A stretch of DNA of 59,833 nt, taken from positions 46,062,081 through 46,121,913 of the forward strand of contig JARDVH010000099.1 of assembly GCA_030324005.1 (NCBI GenBank). The letters are read 5' to 3'. This document shows positions 37,061 through 49,927 of the stretch, piece after piece (within the stretch, counting starts at the first letter, position 1; each line of letters opens with the position of its first letter). The notes under the pieces are model-generated. The model ran no database searches. It was not told where the DNA came from and worked only from the letters and a program-made list of their open reading frames with translations. Origin of the DNA: Negaprion brevirostris. Taxonomy: Eukaryota. Both the position numbers and the translations under genes were made by a program.

Positions 37061-39623
37061 CTTCGGCAGGACCGAAAGACCCCATTGGCAAGGAGGGCCA
37101 TAAAATTCCAGCTATAATGTTTATATTCAAGCATGGTAACAGTGGTGAAGACGTTATGTCTACCCGCCTTCAACTGCGGAAATTATAAGCAAAAAATATA
37201 GGATATATAGTTGGTTGAGTTTTTCAGGCTCATACTGCACTCATGGTGGCTTGGATAGCATGTCTCATTTAAATTTCACAAAGAATTGATTTGTTGAGAC
37301 TAAAAATATTGCAGAATGTGTAGCTACTGAAAACTTGATCCTGAAAAAGAAATCTTTATCAGCATTTACAAGAATGTTAAATGGTAACACATCTTTGTTT
37401 TTGATGGTCAAGTGGCAAATATTGCCACAAAGTTACATCTGCAGTCTGATAACTGCAGCTAGAAATGTGAAGCTGGAGACTGGTTTTGATTTGGATCGTG
37501 TGAAGGAAAGTACGCTCAGAAGTGCACATAACACTGAAACAATGTTCTATCTGCATAAACGTGGGTAGATAACCCTTTATTATATAACTGCAGTGCACAA
37601 ACGACCTAATGTCGAGTATTTCATCAAGGACTCTAGATACGTTTAGAGAGATTGGTCCTGTTGGTGTAGGGAGATTTTAATTTCCCAGGAACGACATGGT
37701 ACTTTCCAGCTATGTGCATTACGTGTTGTCCCATAGCTGCAGCTTATTATGCTGTTTATCAATCAACAATTGTTGGTTACATTAGCCACCTGCTAACAGA
37801 AAATAAAAGGGTAATTTTTGCAGTAATTTAAGAGAGTTCAATATCTGCATTGTCAGTTCTTAATTTTTGATATTGCGAAATTTCGTGGCCTTCTTTCTTC
37901 TCGGATAGTTCCTGTGCTGCCTCCAGGTCCAGCACCTCAGATGAATCTGCACATTCTGTTTTTGTAACTAAAGAAACTAGCTGTAAAATTGATTAACCGT
38001 AGCTCCCTGACAATGTTTCTTGAACTATTCATTTTAAATAATTTCTTACTGTTCAATTTGCTTTAAATTATTTCAATATCCATTCAAAATGACAGTTCCT
38101 ATGCCACATTGTTATGGTTTTGCAACATTATGCTTGTTATCTTCCTCACGCTCAGCATCATTGCCTCCTCCTGTAAGTGGACCTTATGTCCCTTATGATT
38201 CAGTGTGTCATTGCCTATCCAATATTATGTTAAATGTAGCAAAGCCCAGATGTCAGGGAAGCCTTGCCACTGTACCCTGATTTATTGGAATATATCACCT
38301 GTCACTATTTTAACTTGGCAAAATTATGCATTCAATTAAGCCCAAGTCTTTGAACAACATTATTTTAACATTAAGCAGTTAAACAAACCATACTCAATGA
38401 AAATGTATATAAGTCTGAATTTATTTCATCATCCACTGTCAACGATGTGGTCTGGCTCGAACAGAAGTACTAATGAGGACTAGTCCAGCCTCTAATGTCC
38501 ATGTAATTCTACACAAGAACTCAACCCACAATATGCCACGTACCAAGCACTGTCTTTTGCTTCACATTTCTAAATATCTGAAGCTGTATTGACAGTTCAG
38601 TGATTGCCAAGCAGAATGCTTTCCATACATTCAGGCAGCTCTGGCACATTTCCACACCATCTTACTATATGCTTTTGAGAACTACTTATACATTCTCTGA
38701 ATACTCTTAGAATCTTATGCCAGATGGAACGTAGGCTGCTCATTATTACATTCTGATGTTTAAAGGGACCCTTTTGCCTCTTTTCAAAGCAGAAACATAA
38801 GCATTATTATCAATGGAGAACACAAACTGGTGGAAGACCAATTAATCTACAATGTCTTAACTGCTAAAAGAAGAAAGGCATCCAAATGCATGGGACAGGA
38901 ACTATTGAGATAAAGACCATGGGAGAATTTGGTCACTTTACACACGTTTGAAACAATAAGGGATGGCTGCAGATATATCTTCTTGTTGGCATCCAATGCT
39001 TAGTCATTGTGCTGCTTGACACTATGGAAAACTTTTTTTAATACATTTACAGGATGTGGGTGTCACTGACTGGGCCAGTATTTATGGCCCTTCTTTAGTT
39101 GCCTTTGAGAAGGTGGTGCTGAACAACCAAAAATTGTTGAGCCTAGAACACTACCCTAAGGAACCCCTGCAGTGATGTCCTGGAGTTGAGATGATTGATC
39201 TCCAACCACCAAAATCATCTTCTTTTGTGCTAAGTATGACTGCAACCAACGAACGGTTTTCCCAGTGACGGCAGTTTTGCTCAGGCTCCTTGATGCCATA
39301 CCCATTCAAATGTGGTCTTGATGTCAAGAGTAGTCACTCTAACCTCACCTCTGGACTCCAGCTCTTTTGTTAATGTGTAAACCAAGGCTGTAATGAGACT
39401 AGGAGCTAAGTCACCCTGCAGGAATTATGGAGCCCCCTAAATTCCCTGATGGTATTAGTCGAAAGGGAAGTAGATGATAAGCAACAAGACAAACAAGCTG
39501 GGACCACAGCCATCCAGGATTTATACCCCATAGTGATCTACATTGTGTTAATCAGGTAGAAACTTCTCATTAAGTCCCACCACAGTTATCAGAGCTAAGT
39601 GCATGGATAATCTGAATGAATGT

Positions 39624-39928
39624 AGAATAGAATCATAGAATCTCAACAGTGAAGAAGGAGACCATTCAGCCCATTGAGTATGCAGTAACAACAATCCCAC
39701 CCTATCCCCATAACCCCAGGTATTTACCCCCATAGCCCCTTCAACACAAAGGGGAAATTTAGCAGGGCCAATCAACCTAACCTGCACATCTTTGGACTGT
39801 GGAAGGAAACCCACACAGACATGGGATGAATGTGCAAAGTCCACATAGACAGTGACCCGAGGTTGGAATTGAACCCAGATCTCTGGCATTGTGAGGCAAC
39901 AGTGCTAACCGCTGTGCCACTGTGTTGA
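39624..39928 (-). mobile_element. HE1-like SINE, minus strand
   Basis: Reverse complement of the SINE head at 39860-39925; (AGAAT)n tail at 39624-39641. Confidence 0.8.
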
Positions 39929-40499
39929 CCTTGTATACAATATAAAGTTTTTATGTCTATCAATTAACTGGAACGAGGGTCTCAATTAACAACTGAGAAT
40001 AACACTGCACATGCAGCTTTCCTGCTGATGTCTTCAAAGTTTTTTCTGTGCAGTAACTGCACTGCAAATTCAGCACTCTCTGATGCTGCAGCTCCATTGC
40101 AGTCCGACCAAAGGTTTGAGAGTCATCTCATGCCATATAGCATGATTTAAGACTGATCACCATGTGGAAGCTGTACATAACCTTGTTGCCACACAGCTTG
40201 ACCACTATTGCACATCATATTGTGTTATAAAGGCACCCATCACTCTAAAAGGACTGGGTGAATATGTTGTGGGATCATTTATTTATGTAGGCACATGAGA
40301 ACATTTATACAAAAATTGGAAGTTTGAAGACGTGTTGTACTCATAGACAAAGTGAAGCTGAGAGTGAATCATATGGCATATTTCTTTTCAAATTACTGTC
40401 TTGTGAAATTTTACTGCCCATTTCCAATCACTTTGAAAAATAATATTAAATTCTACTCTCGGTTTCCTCCCTTTCAAAATAATTAATATTCATTAAAGT

Positions 40500-40920
40500 T
40501 GTGCTTCTGCATTAATTTATGACTTTGCTGCTACATATGATTTGCTCACTGCTTGATTCTTTTATCGTTCGCTGGTGCCCATTCTATTAAACCTTTGATT
40601 TGCTTGTGTTAAGTGTTCTATTAATTTATTAATTCACTGGCACCTACTGATCTATTAATGTATTCATTTGTGCTGTATTAATTTATACATTTGCTAATAT
40701 TCTCACAACTATTTTTGTTGATTTGATGCTGGCTATTGTTCTATTAATTGATTAGCTATAATGTTCCCAATGCTGTATTAACTTATTAATTTGCTGGACT
40801 TTCTGCTCTGTATGTATATTGACTTGCAGATTGCCACTGCTATACTAATTTATTAGTTTATTGGCTGCCTGCTCTTATATGAATTTATTGATTGTCATTC
40901 CATTTGTATATTAAGTTACT
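40500..40920. repeat. Decayed AT-rich tandem repeat, period about 33-34 bp
   Basis: A CTATTAATTTATTAATTTGCT-like motif recurs near 40586, 40620, 40654, 40743, 40777, 40843, 40878 and 40910. Confidence 0.55.
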
Positions 40921-43900
40921 AGTACCTATATAGTTGTGCTGCAATCTTCGTCAGTTAGCTCTTATTTTTGTTCTGAAATCCCTCCCTGACCTCCTTATCT
41001 CTGCAATCCCCTCCAACTCCACAACTCTTCGTGATATCTGCGTTCTTCCAATTCCAGCCTCTTGGACCTCTCTGGTTTTAATCACCCCACCACTGGGAGT
41101 CATGCCTTTTGCTGCCAAGACTCTAAGCCCTGGAATTTAACAATAATCATTCTTCATTTGTGATGTTGCTGACATAAAGCAATCAAAGAAATGTCTCCCA
41201 ATGGTATTTAATGAGCTTCCTTTGTTGTCAGGTCTACAAAAAGTTCAGCTTTAGGCATTCATCTTTTCTCTGTAGAACAAGTTCTGAAAGACTTAACATA
41301 TTTTAACCAGTGCTAGTATTAAGTGCAAAATCAATATTCAGCAAAACAATCCCAATTACTTGAATTTGACTTGCATAGTTAACAGTCTCCTGCTGATTGC
41401 AAAATATTTTATGTAACCTGCATAATGTGCATCATTTATTTGGGAATTAGCCAGGATTGTTGCGAACCTGAGCATTGATGATGTTTAAGAACCCATTTTG
41501 TTTCATCTTTTTCAAAAGGAGGAGTATTTGAATCTACCTACATTATTTTATTAGGTTAATTAGGACATCAGGATTTCTAAGCTTGCTCTTGTTAAGAAAA
41601 CTTACAATATTTTGAATTATTTTCTCATCAAAATGAGTATTTTGTTGCTGGAAAACAAATTTGTTTCTAGATGCCCAGTATTGGTATCACAAGTACCCAG
41701 GTTATGCTTAGCATAGCTAGATACAATATAGAACACCCTGTACTCTGCCTCACCAATGCACCATTTCTTCCTATTTTCCATACCAAAATTATCTTGGTTT
41801 TCTTTCAGTGACAAAAGATTAGAGGGATTTTACACTCTGGCTCCAGGCTCACTTATTTCACAGAGGACTCTTAATGCAAAGCAAGGACACTTTCATCACT
41901 TTTAACCCTGTTCTGAGAGATAGAAGGCCAGTGCACCACCCAATCCTCCATCATACCGTCATTCCAAAAGGTGAACTAGTATGAGAGTGTGGCTGAGCAT
42001 TCAAGGAAAATAGTTACCTATCCATTAAAGCCCTACATTTTTACTACTCACTACCCAGTTGACAAATGTAATTTTCTTGATGGATTTAATGTGCAGCTGT
42101 AAAACTGATCACCGGATAAAAGTAGGTAATGTAACTATCACAATTCAGGATTTCAGACCAGGTTGCGATGTCTAACATATTAACAATGTTACACTTGACC
42201 TAAGGTGAGGTCAAGGCTGTCAAGGCTAAACATTCAAAGGACGGTGGAACTGGCAGGTGCAGATGGGTTTTCACACAGGTCATCTGGATCAAGTTCTTGG
42301 AGACAAAGAAAAATGGTTTAGCATTGCAGTGAACACTCACATTCATTCTTCCCATTCATTTGAACACAACAGAAGTCATTACCAACAAATATTTCAAGTC
42401 AGGCAACATAACATTTCAGGTGTAGGCCCTTCATCAAAATAGTACAGTCAGCACAACTCCAGGCTGGAGGATTCTGCCTTGGCGGCTAATCTGTTTTCAC
42501 TATGGCTAAACACAGAAACTGGAATCAGGTGACAAAAAATGAAGCAGAGCAAAGATAAAAGGGTTGGAGGGAGAGCAAGGTCTTTCCTGCTTCAAGAATG
42601 GAATACAAAGAATTTTACTTGCTCATTTCAAGCGAGACAACCACCTGAAATAGGGCAGTGTAATATTTTCATTACTTTATACCAAAATGGGAAAACTGGC
42701 TTACTGAATGAATTAACCAAATCTGATCAGAACTCTTTATCAACCTTAGTGTAGCATGAAGTAGCTGGCCAATTTAAATCAAACATCACTCCACCAGCAT
42801 TAAAACCCATATAATACTGCAGCAACAATAGAAGGTGAGGGACCTTAAGGGCAAAGTGCCCCACAGTCCACATTAAGTCTTCCAGTGAAAGTTTCAACCA
42901 AAATCCCCAGCAAGGAAGTGCCAAGCCAGAATAGCAGAGGGAAGGAACCTTCCTTATCAGTTGGGGGCCTTTGAGACCATTACCACAATTTCCTTGGGTC
43001 TGCTGCCACCTTCCGAATAATGGCCCAAGTAATCAATGGTAAGTGGGAGGCCTACAGCCAGCAGTGGCACTGGCACAGCCAGGAGGAGGGAGGTCTTCAT
43101 CAGCTCAAGGAGAGTATGCCTCACAGTCCAAAAACTCCCTCTTCCCTTTTCAAGACTCCTCAGTATTTTGCATACAGATCTGGTAGATAATCTAGCATTT
43201 AATGTTATAAACGTATCCCTTTTAAATTCAAATTGCACTTATCCAACCAGAAAATCACGATTGCGTGCAAACATATTCATAAATTTGGGAAATTGTTTTC
43301 CAGCAGGAATTATCTAGTGGTATTTCAAATAACACAAAATGCCAGAATATTTTTAGCTGTTTTTCGTATTAAGAGTTTATTGGTAGTCAGGAGTGGATTT
43401 AGAAGTGCACCATGCAAATTGCAATTGAATGAACTTTCTGTTCTGGTTTTCCAAGTGCAAATATAATTAATTGGGATGTTTGTAGTTCATAAAATTGGTA
43501 AATAAATTGATAAAGTCAAAAATAATTGTTGAGGGATGTGGACATTTCAAATGTACGCTCCATACAGTGGAGAGATTTCATGGAGCCCATGAGAGCAGGA
43601 AATGTGGCATGCTACATGACTGAAGTAGACAGGGAGCAAAGTTTTTATTTTCTCATGATGCATTGAGATGCAGAAATAAAGTCAATGGCATGTTTGTGGC
43701 ATGTCATACTTCACACCATTCTGTATGGGTTCCTATTCATTAGCTTAAAACTATTTTTAAAATTCTGTCCTACTCTTAGGATAAAGATAGCAGCGCAGAA
43801 GAATCTTGTGGCATTCAGTTCATGTCTGTTTAAAGGTGGATTGCAACAATCAGTGGTTGCATCAGAGATCACAACTCTGAGGGTGGGGAGCAGGGGAATG

Positions 43901-43924
43901 GCAGCATGGAAGCTTATAGCAAGC

Positions 43925-44985
43925 TTAAACAAAGGAGATTACAAAGAGATGAGGGAGGCATTGGCTAAGTAGGCTGGGAATGAAAACTTTATGGTGGGAC
44001 AATTAAGGAGCAGTGGAGAACTTTTAAAGCGATCTTTCACAGTGTTCAGCAAAAGTATATACCAGTGACAAGGAAGGCCTGTAGAAAAAGAGATCATCAG
44101 CCATGGATATCTCAGAAAATAAAGGAGGGTTGAATTGAAAGGAAATGCATACACAATGGCAAAGATTACTGGAAAACTAGAGGATTGGGAAATCTTTAAA
44201 TGTCAACGGAAAGCCATGAAAAAAGTGATAAAGAAAAGTAAGATGGCCTAGCTCAGTATGTAAAAACAGATAGCAAAAGTTTGTACAAATATATAAAACA
44301 AAAAAAAGAGTGGCTAAAGTAAACATTGGTCAGAGGGTGAGATAGAGGGTGAGATAGGGGATGTAATAATTGGAAATGAAAAAATGGCTAAGGCATTGAA
44401 AAGGTATTTTGTTTCAGTCTTCACAGTGGAAGACACAAATAACATGCCAAAAATTGATGACAGGAGGACTGTGACAGGTGAAGACCTAGAAGCTATCTTT
44501 ATTATGAAAGACATAGTGTTGGACAAGTTAATGGGGCTAAAGGTAGACAAGTCTCCAGGTCTTGATGGAATGCATCCCAGTGTACTAAAAGAGATGGCTG
44601 GGGAAATAGCAAGTGCACTATTGGTAACTTACCAAAATTCGCTGGACTGTAGGGTGATTCTTGCAGATTGGAAAACAGCAAATGTGATGCCACTGTTTAA
44701 AAGAGGAGGTAGACAAAAGGTTATCTTAACTTCTATAGTAAGGAAAATGCTTGAATATATCATCAAGGAAGAAACAGTGAGACATCTGGATATAAATTGC
44801 CCCATTGGTAAGATGTAGTGTGGATTCATGAAGGGCAGATCATGTTTGACTAATTTTGTGGAATTCTTTGAGAACATTACATGTGTAGTGGACAATGAGG
44901 AACCTGTGGATGTGGTGTACCTAGATTTCCAGAAGGCATTTGAAAAGGTGCCACACCAAAGACTGCTACATAAGATAAAGGTAAT
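43925..44985 (+). mobile_element. CR1 LINE ORF2 fragment (pre-RT tether + RT N-terminus), disrupted
   Basis: NKGDYKEMREAL, YFVSVFTVED, KSPGLDGMHPSVLKE, DWKTANVMPLFKRG, KGRSCLTN, VDVVYLDFQKAFEKVPH, with stops and frameshifts. Confidence 0.9.
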
Positions 44986-47604
44986 AGATAAAGGTTACAN
45001 NNNNNNNNNNNNNNNNNNNNNNNNNNNNNNNNNNNNNNNNNNNNNNNNNNNNNNNNNNNNNNNNNNNNNNNNNNNNNNNNNNNNNNNNNNNNNNNNNNNG
45101 CACTGTCCCTGATTTCTGGAGTGAATCATTTTGGTGCACTCAGCAGTGCACAGTGTGTGGGAGATTGTTTTTTTCAGTGAGAGTTCAGAGAACAGTTTGT
45201 TTTACTTCAGTTTTCACACCAATTCGGCACTTCGAATTTTTTCGGAGAATTTTGCCCATTTTGATGCAAACAGTGAAGTTCATTATAAATAGTCTCAAAA
45301 ATGCCAACAGTTGTTCCATCACCTAAACAATATAGCTGTGGAGTTCCACACTATTCTTTTCTTAGGGGAGGTTTCACTTATTTTGTTCACAAAGATTTTG
45401 GTCAGGTATCCCATCTAAGCACAACTTCTTCATCTCCATGTTTTACCTTTCTGGAAGCAAGCACAGATCCAACCATGCTTGCTTCTGGAATCAGGTCATT
45501 TTGGTCTCCTTCATCAGCTGTGTCACAATTTCTCACTTAAGCTGCTTACATCCACAACTTCACAGTCACTGTCCTGTTTTCCTTCAGCAGGAAAATCCAC
45601 TTTCACACTCTCAAGTTTTATTTTAGAGTCTGTGTGAGCTGTTCTATGCTTGGAGAACTTTTCAACTTTCTGGCTTCTTCACCAGGCTATCTATGTCTGT
45701 TCTCCTGCAGCACCATTTGCTGATGCACTGTACTCCCAAGTTAGCTTTGATTCGCCATTTCTGGTTATGTATTTTCATCCCCAGAGCAAGGTCAATTCAC
45801 AGGGCTGCTTTTTAGAAATGACTTCGCAACCAGGAAGTCCAATTACACGCCTCATTTTTTTCAGTTTCAAATTGAGTTAAAGGGATATTTTTTGCAAAAT
45901 GCCGGGTTTCTCATACTTCCTCACCAAAACTTTCCCTTTTTTTGTTAATTTTTTAAATATATATGAATGTATTCTTCAGAAGAGTCATACAGACATGAAA
46001 CATCAACTCAGTTCCTCACTGCAGATGTTGCCAGACTTTTTCTTCCTCTCCATGTTTCCCTCAATGCCTTATTGATTTTACTAAAGCTGTCATTCAATGA
46101 CCAGCACGTTGAATGGTTGGTTATTTGGGTGGCCGAGATCTGCTGGAGCTCTAATGGACTAACTGACATATTTTGTACAAATTTTACTACAAAATCTTCT
46201 GAAATGGTTTCCTCTAAGTCGGGCACAATGTTCAACTCTCATTCAGTGAAACCAAAAACCTCATTCCAAAAGCACTGTGAGCTCAGAATTTTTACTTTAA
46301 AAATGTAAAATACTCTATTGCTGTTAGTAGTTTTTCTTCCTGGTAGCCAAATCACACAGGTAGGGACAGTTCAGTTTGAATGTTATCGTTCCTTAGTCGG
46401 GGCCACATCACAGCTTGATTCATTGATAGTACTTTTCATTCTGGACCAGAAGATTGTAGGTTCAAGTTACAACTCCTCCTTGGATTCAGCATGCAATTCA
46501 GTTTTCAGTGAGGTCGTGTTTTTTCAGAAGTGCTAAATTTCGGACATGCAGTCAAATTAAGATCCTTTCAGATAAATGTAAGGATCCCCAGGAACAATTC
46601 AAAGAAGAGCAGGAAGTTCTGGTGAATATTCATTCCTTAGCTGTTGCTACCAGTACTTTTCATTTGTTCATTATTTGTTATGGAATGTTGGTATGTTTAA
46701 TTGGCTGCTGCACTTGCTTATAAAATAATACAGGCATCTCAGAAGCAGTTAATTGGACAAGCATTGGGAGATCTTGAGGATGTGAAAGGTGCTTTATAAG
46801 TGCAACTTCTCTATTTCTGTCACATTTCACAATGGACCTGCCATATACTTAGAGGGGTTGACAACAGAAACTGGAATTCCCCAGTTACCTAAAACGCAGG
46901 TGATGTTTGCAACTCTGGAATTGAAGCATATCACAGCCCCTGATCCCTAGCTCTGACAAAGAGAAAGGCGTGCAAAGGAGAAACTTCTTTCAGGCATATC
47001 CAGCATCAATGGAGTAATTCTATGGACTATTTTACTAATTTTTAGAACTGTATAACTTTTTAAGTGCTGGTATGATAAAAGTGTTACATTTAGCTATATG
47101 TGGAAAAAGCAAATGGTGACAAAATGTGTACAAAAGTACAGCATTATGATTGTTCAAAGATCTTTTATTGATTTATTTGAATTGTTTCCTGGTAGATGTT
47201 AATACAGACTGAACATTTACTTATTGGCTCAGCAAATGCATTTTTAATTGCTTTACGTTTAGTCAGTGGGCTATTTGAGCTTATCATTTTTAAAGATAGA
47301 GTTAAATTAAAGCAATCACAGTTTATTTTTTCCTCAGAATGTACCATGGTTTTAAGGGATGCAGTTTTTACTGAGTGATCCCTGAGGTGTATCAACTTTG
47401 AGAAATTTCTTTTAATTATAAAGATGATAATGTAAGGGTAATGCTATTGAAGTGCTCTCCCACTGCAGAGTTTTGACTGGCAGGAGCATATGTTGAAAAT
47501 TCAATTGCATGCTCCTCATGATTTTCCAACCATTAATATTACTGGATTCCTGCCCAGATTTCTGATAGAATGTGGATATACATTACTCTTTCTGTTTCTT
47601 CCAG

Positions 47605-47694
47605 GTACTGCAGATGTACCTACCATTCTGTGGAATATCCATTTCAAATGCCCAACTCTTTGCTGCATCCCGTAAGGAATATGATAGAAGCAGG
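47605..47694 (+). CDS. PDE11A: PDE11A-like phosphodiesterase internal exon (end of GAF-A / linker)
   Basis: tctgtttcttccAG / GTATGT, 90 bp, phase 0/0. VLQMYLPFCGISISNAQLFAASRKEYDRSR vs human VMQMYLPFCGIAISNAQLFAASRKEYDRSR. Not reported in the ORF track. Orthologue vs paralogue is unresolved. Confidence 0.9.
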
Positions 47695-48021
47695 GTATGT
47701 GTTCTTGAGCAGTGTGGTCCATAGTTTGAACTAAAATGCCAAGGGATTAATTATGATTTTGAGTGTTAGCATAAAATGGATAGTATTGATTCAGCTGCCT
47801 ACTATACATTTCTCCAAATTTTGAATCATGTTGAAGTGGATGCAAATGAAAAGCAAGAGATGTGAAACAAGAGATTGAATTGGTTTTGCTCATTCTACAC
47901 TTTTGCTTAATGTCAAATGTTTCTGTGGGATGTTTTGAAAACCTTGCTTTTCAGATAATCGAGGCTAAAATATTGGATTAGCAAAGCTTGTTTTAGAGTA
48001 CAAATAAATCATTATTTTTGC

Positions 48022-48320
48022 GGGGTGGCACAGTGGTTAGCACTGCTGCTTCACAGTGCCACAGACCCAGGTTTAGTCCCACCCTTGGGTGACTATTTGT
48101 TTGGAGTTTGCACATTCTCCCTGTGTCTGCATGGGTTTTCTTCAGGTGTCCCTATTTCCTCCCATTGTCCAAAGGTGTGCAGGGTAGGTTGATTGGTCAT
48201 GCTAAGGGAGATTAGCAGGGTAAATATGCGGGGTTTTGGGGATAGGACCTGGGTGGAATTACTTTTTGTGCAGATTTGATGAGCTGCATGGCCTCCTTCT
48301 GCACTGTAATGATTCTGTGA
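48022..48320 (+). mobile_element. HE1-like SINE inside the PDE11A-like intron
   Basis: GGTGGCACAGTGGTTAGCACTGCTGCTTCACAG head and GATTCTGTG tail. Confidence 0.8.
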
Positions 48321-48504
48321 CTCTATTGCAGTGATAGAGGCTTGTTATCTTTAGGATTGGAATGAGGGATGAAGTAGATCATATTTCATGCTTTAAAAGT
48401 GCAGTTTCATGTTTATTTTCCAGTTTAAGCTCATGATGGGCAATAGTTCTAATTGTTGAAAATTAACACTAATCCCTCCAAAGCTTACTAAATTATAGTT
48501 GTCA

Positions 48505-48860
48505 GCCTGTAATCAACACTGACGCTCAAGTGTGGTGTTAAGGGGGTGCTCATTGTCAGAAGCATTATCCTTCAGATAAGACGTTAAATCAAGGCTCCCC
48601 CTGCTTTCTCTTGTGGCTGAATGAGCACTAAAGATTCCAAGATGTTATTCAATGAAAAATAGGAAGGATCCTCAGTGGTCTGTTCAATATGCACCCCTCA
48701 ATCTGCCACCAAAGATAGATTAACATGTTATTCATCTTATTGTTGTTTGTGAGGCATTGCTGATACAGAATACCTTTTGCACTTGCATTATATAATATGC
48801 AGTGCACTTGGGAAGTAATTCTCCATTGTAGCAAGTTTGAACAAGATAAGGCAATATATG
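48505..48860 (+). mobile_element. Ancient Deu-domain SINE (SacSINE1/AmnSINE-like)
   Basis: Contains TTCAGATAAGACGTTAAATCAAGGCTCC, resembling the recalled Deu core. Related decayed copies near 46430-46810 (+), 3010-3200 (-) and 54115-54300 (-). Confidence 0.45.
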
Positions 48861-49104
48861 GGTGAAAATATCTTCATTTATCCTAACTGTGCTAAATGGC
48901 ACAAGTCAAACTAACAAAATGATGCCCAGTTACTCCCCTTTAAAATGGAATGGGAACCCTGATACCTTCCCTAGCCCATGTCTCTTAGATGCTGTACATT
49001 TGGTTACTGTGTATTGTGTTGATTTCAAAATCAAGCTGTATATCAAGTTTTGTACTGTCTTGTTTATTACTGGTGTCCATTAATTATATTAATGACGGTT
49101 TCAG

Positions 49105-49245
49105 GCATTGCTTGAGGTTGTCAATGACTTGTTTGAAGAGCAAACAGATTTGGAGAAGGTTGTTAGGAAGATCATGCAACGAGCTCTGACCCTGCTGCAG
49201 TGTGAACGATGTTCTGTTCTCCTACTGGAAGATATTGAATCTCCT
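49105..49245 (+). CDS. PDE11A: PDE11A-like phosphodiesterase internal exon (start of GAF-B)
   Basis: tttcAG / GTAAGT, 141 bp, phase 0/0. ALLEVVNDLFEEQTDLEKVVRKIMQRALTLLQCERCSVLLLEDIESP, continuing the previous exon as in PDE11A. Confidence 0.92.
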
Positions 49246-49639
49246 GTAAGTGTTTTATTGGTTTTCTTTGTATCAGCCAAAATAACTTACATTTCATGAG
49301 AAGAACATGATCTGTAGTTTTCATTGAAACTTCATTTGAGCCTGTCACTTATTTATTTTTCCACTCAAGTCCAGCGCATGAATTCAAATCCAGCTTACAG
49401 TGATAAAATCAAAATATTCGCCCTCTACTGGTAGAAAGATCTTAAACACCTGTTTAAGCAGTTTCAACTTAGTCCTTCTAAAAAATATACAATCATATTT
49501 GGCCTAACAAGTCACTCAGTTGTATCAAATGCAAGAAGGCACCCTCTCAAGGACAATTAGGGTTGAGCAATAAATGCTGGCCAGCCAGGGATGCCCATGT
49601 CACACAAATGAATTAATTAAATACAGTAGTTTTGAGAAG

Positions 49640-49927
49640 AAAATAAGGGGAAGCAGATTTAGGACTGAGTTGAGGAGGAAGTTCTTCACACAAGGGTCGT
49701 GAATCTGTGGAATTCCCTGTCCAGGGATGCAGTTGAGACTACCTCATTGAATGTTTTTAAGACAAGGATAGATACATTTTTGAACAGAAAAAGAATTAAG
49801 GATTATGGTGAGCAGGCGGGTAAGTGGAACTGAGTCCGTGAAAAGATCAGCCATGATCTTATTGAATGGCGGAGCAGACTCAGGGGCCAGATTGGCTATT
49901 CGTCCTCCTAGTTCTTATGTTCTTATG
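49640..49927 (+). mobile_element. CR1 LINE 3' end
   Basis: FRTELRRKFFTQ/VVNLWNSL and a (TTCTTATG)n tail. Confidence 0.8.

Noticed and set aside
25894-49245. In-frame FSHR-ectodomain/PDE11 fusion by read-through splicing
   Set aside because: FSHR exons end in phase 2 and the PDE exon starts in phase 0. The shifted frame hits TGA in the 49105 exon.
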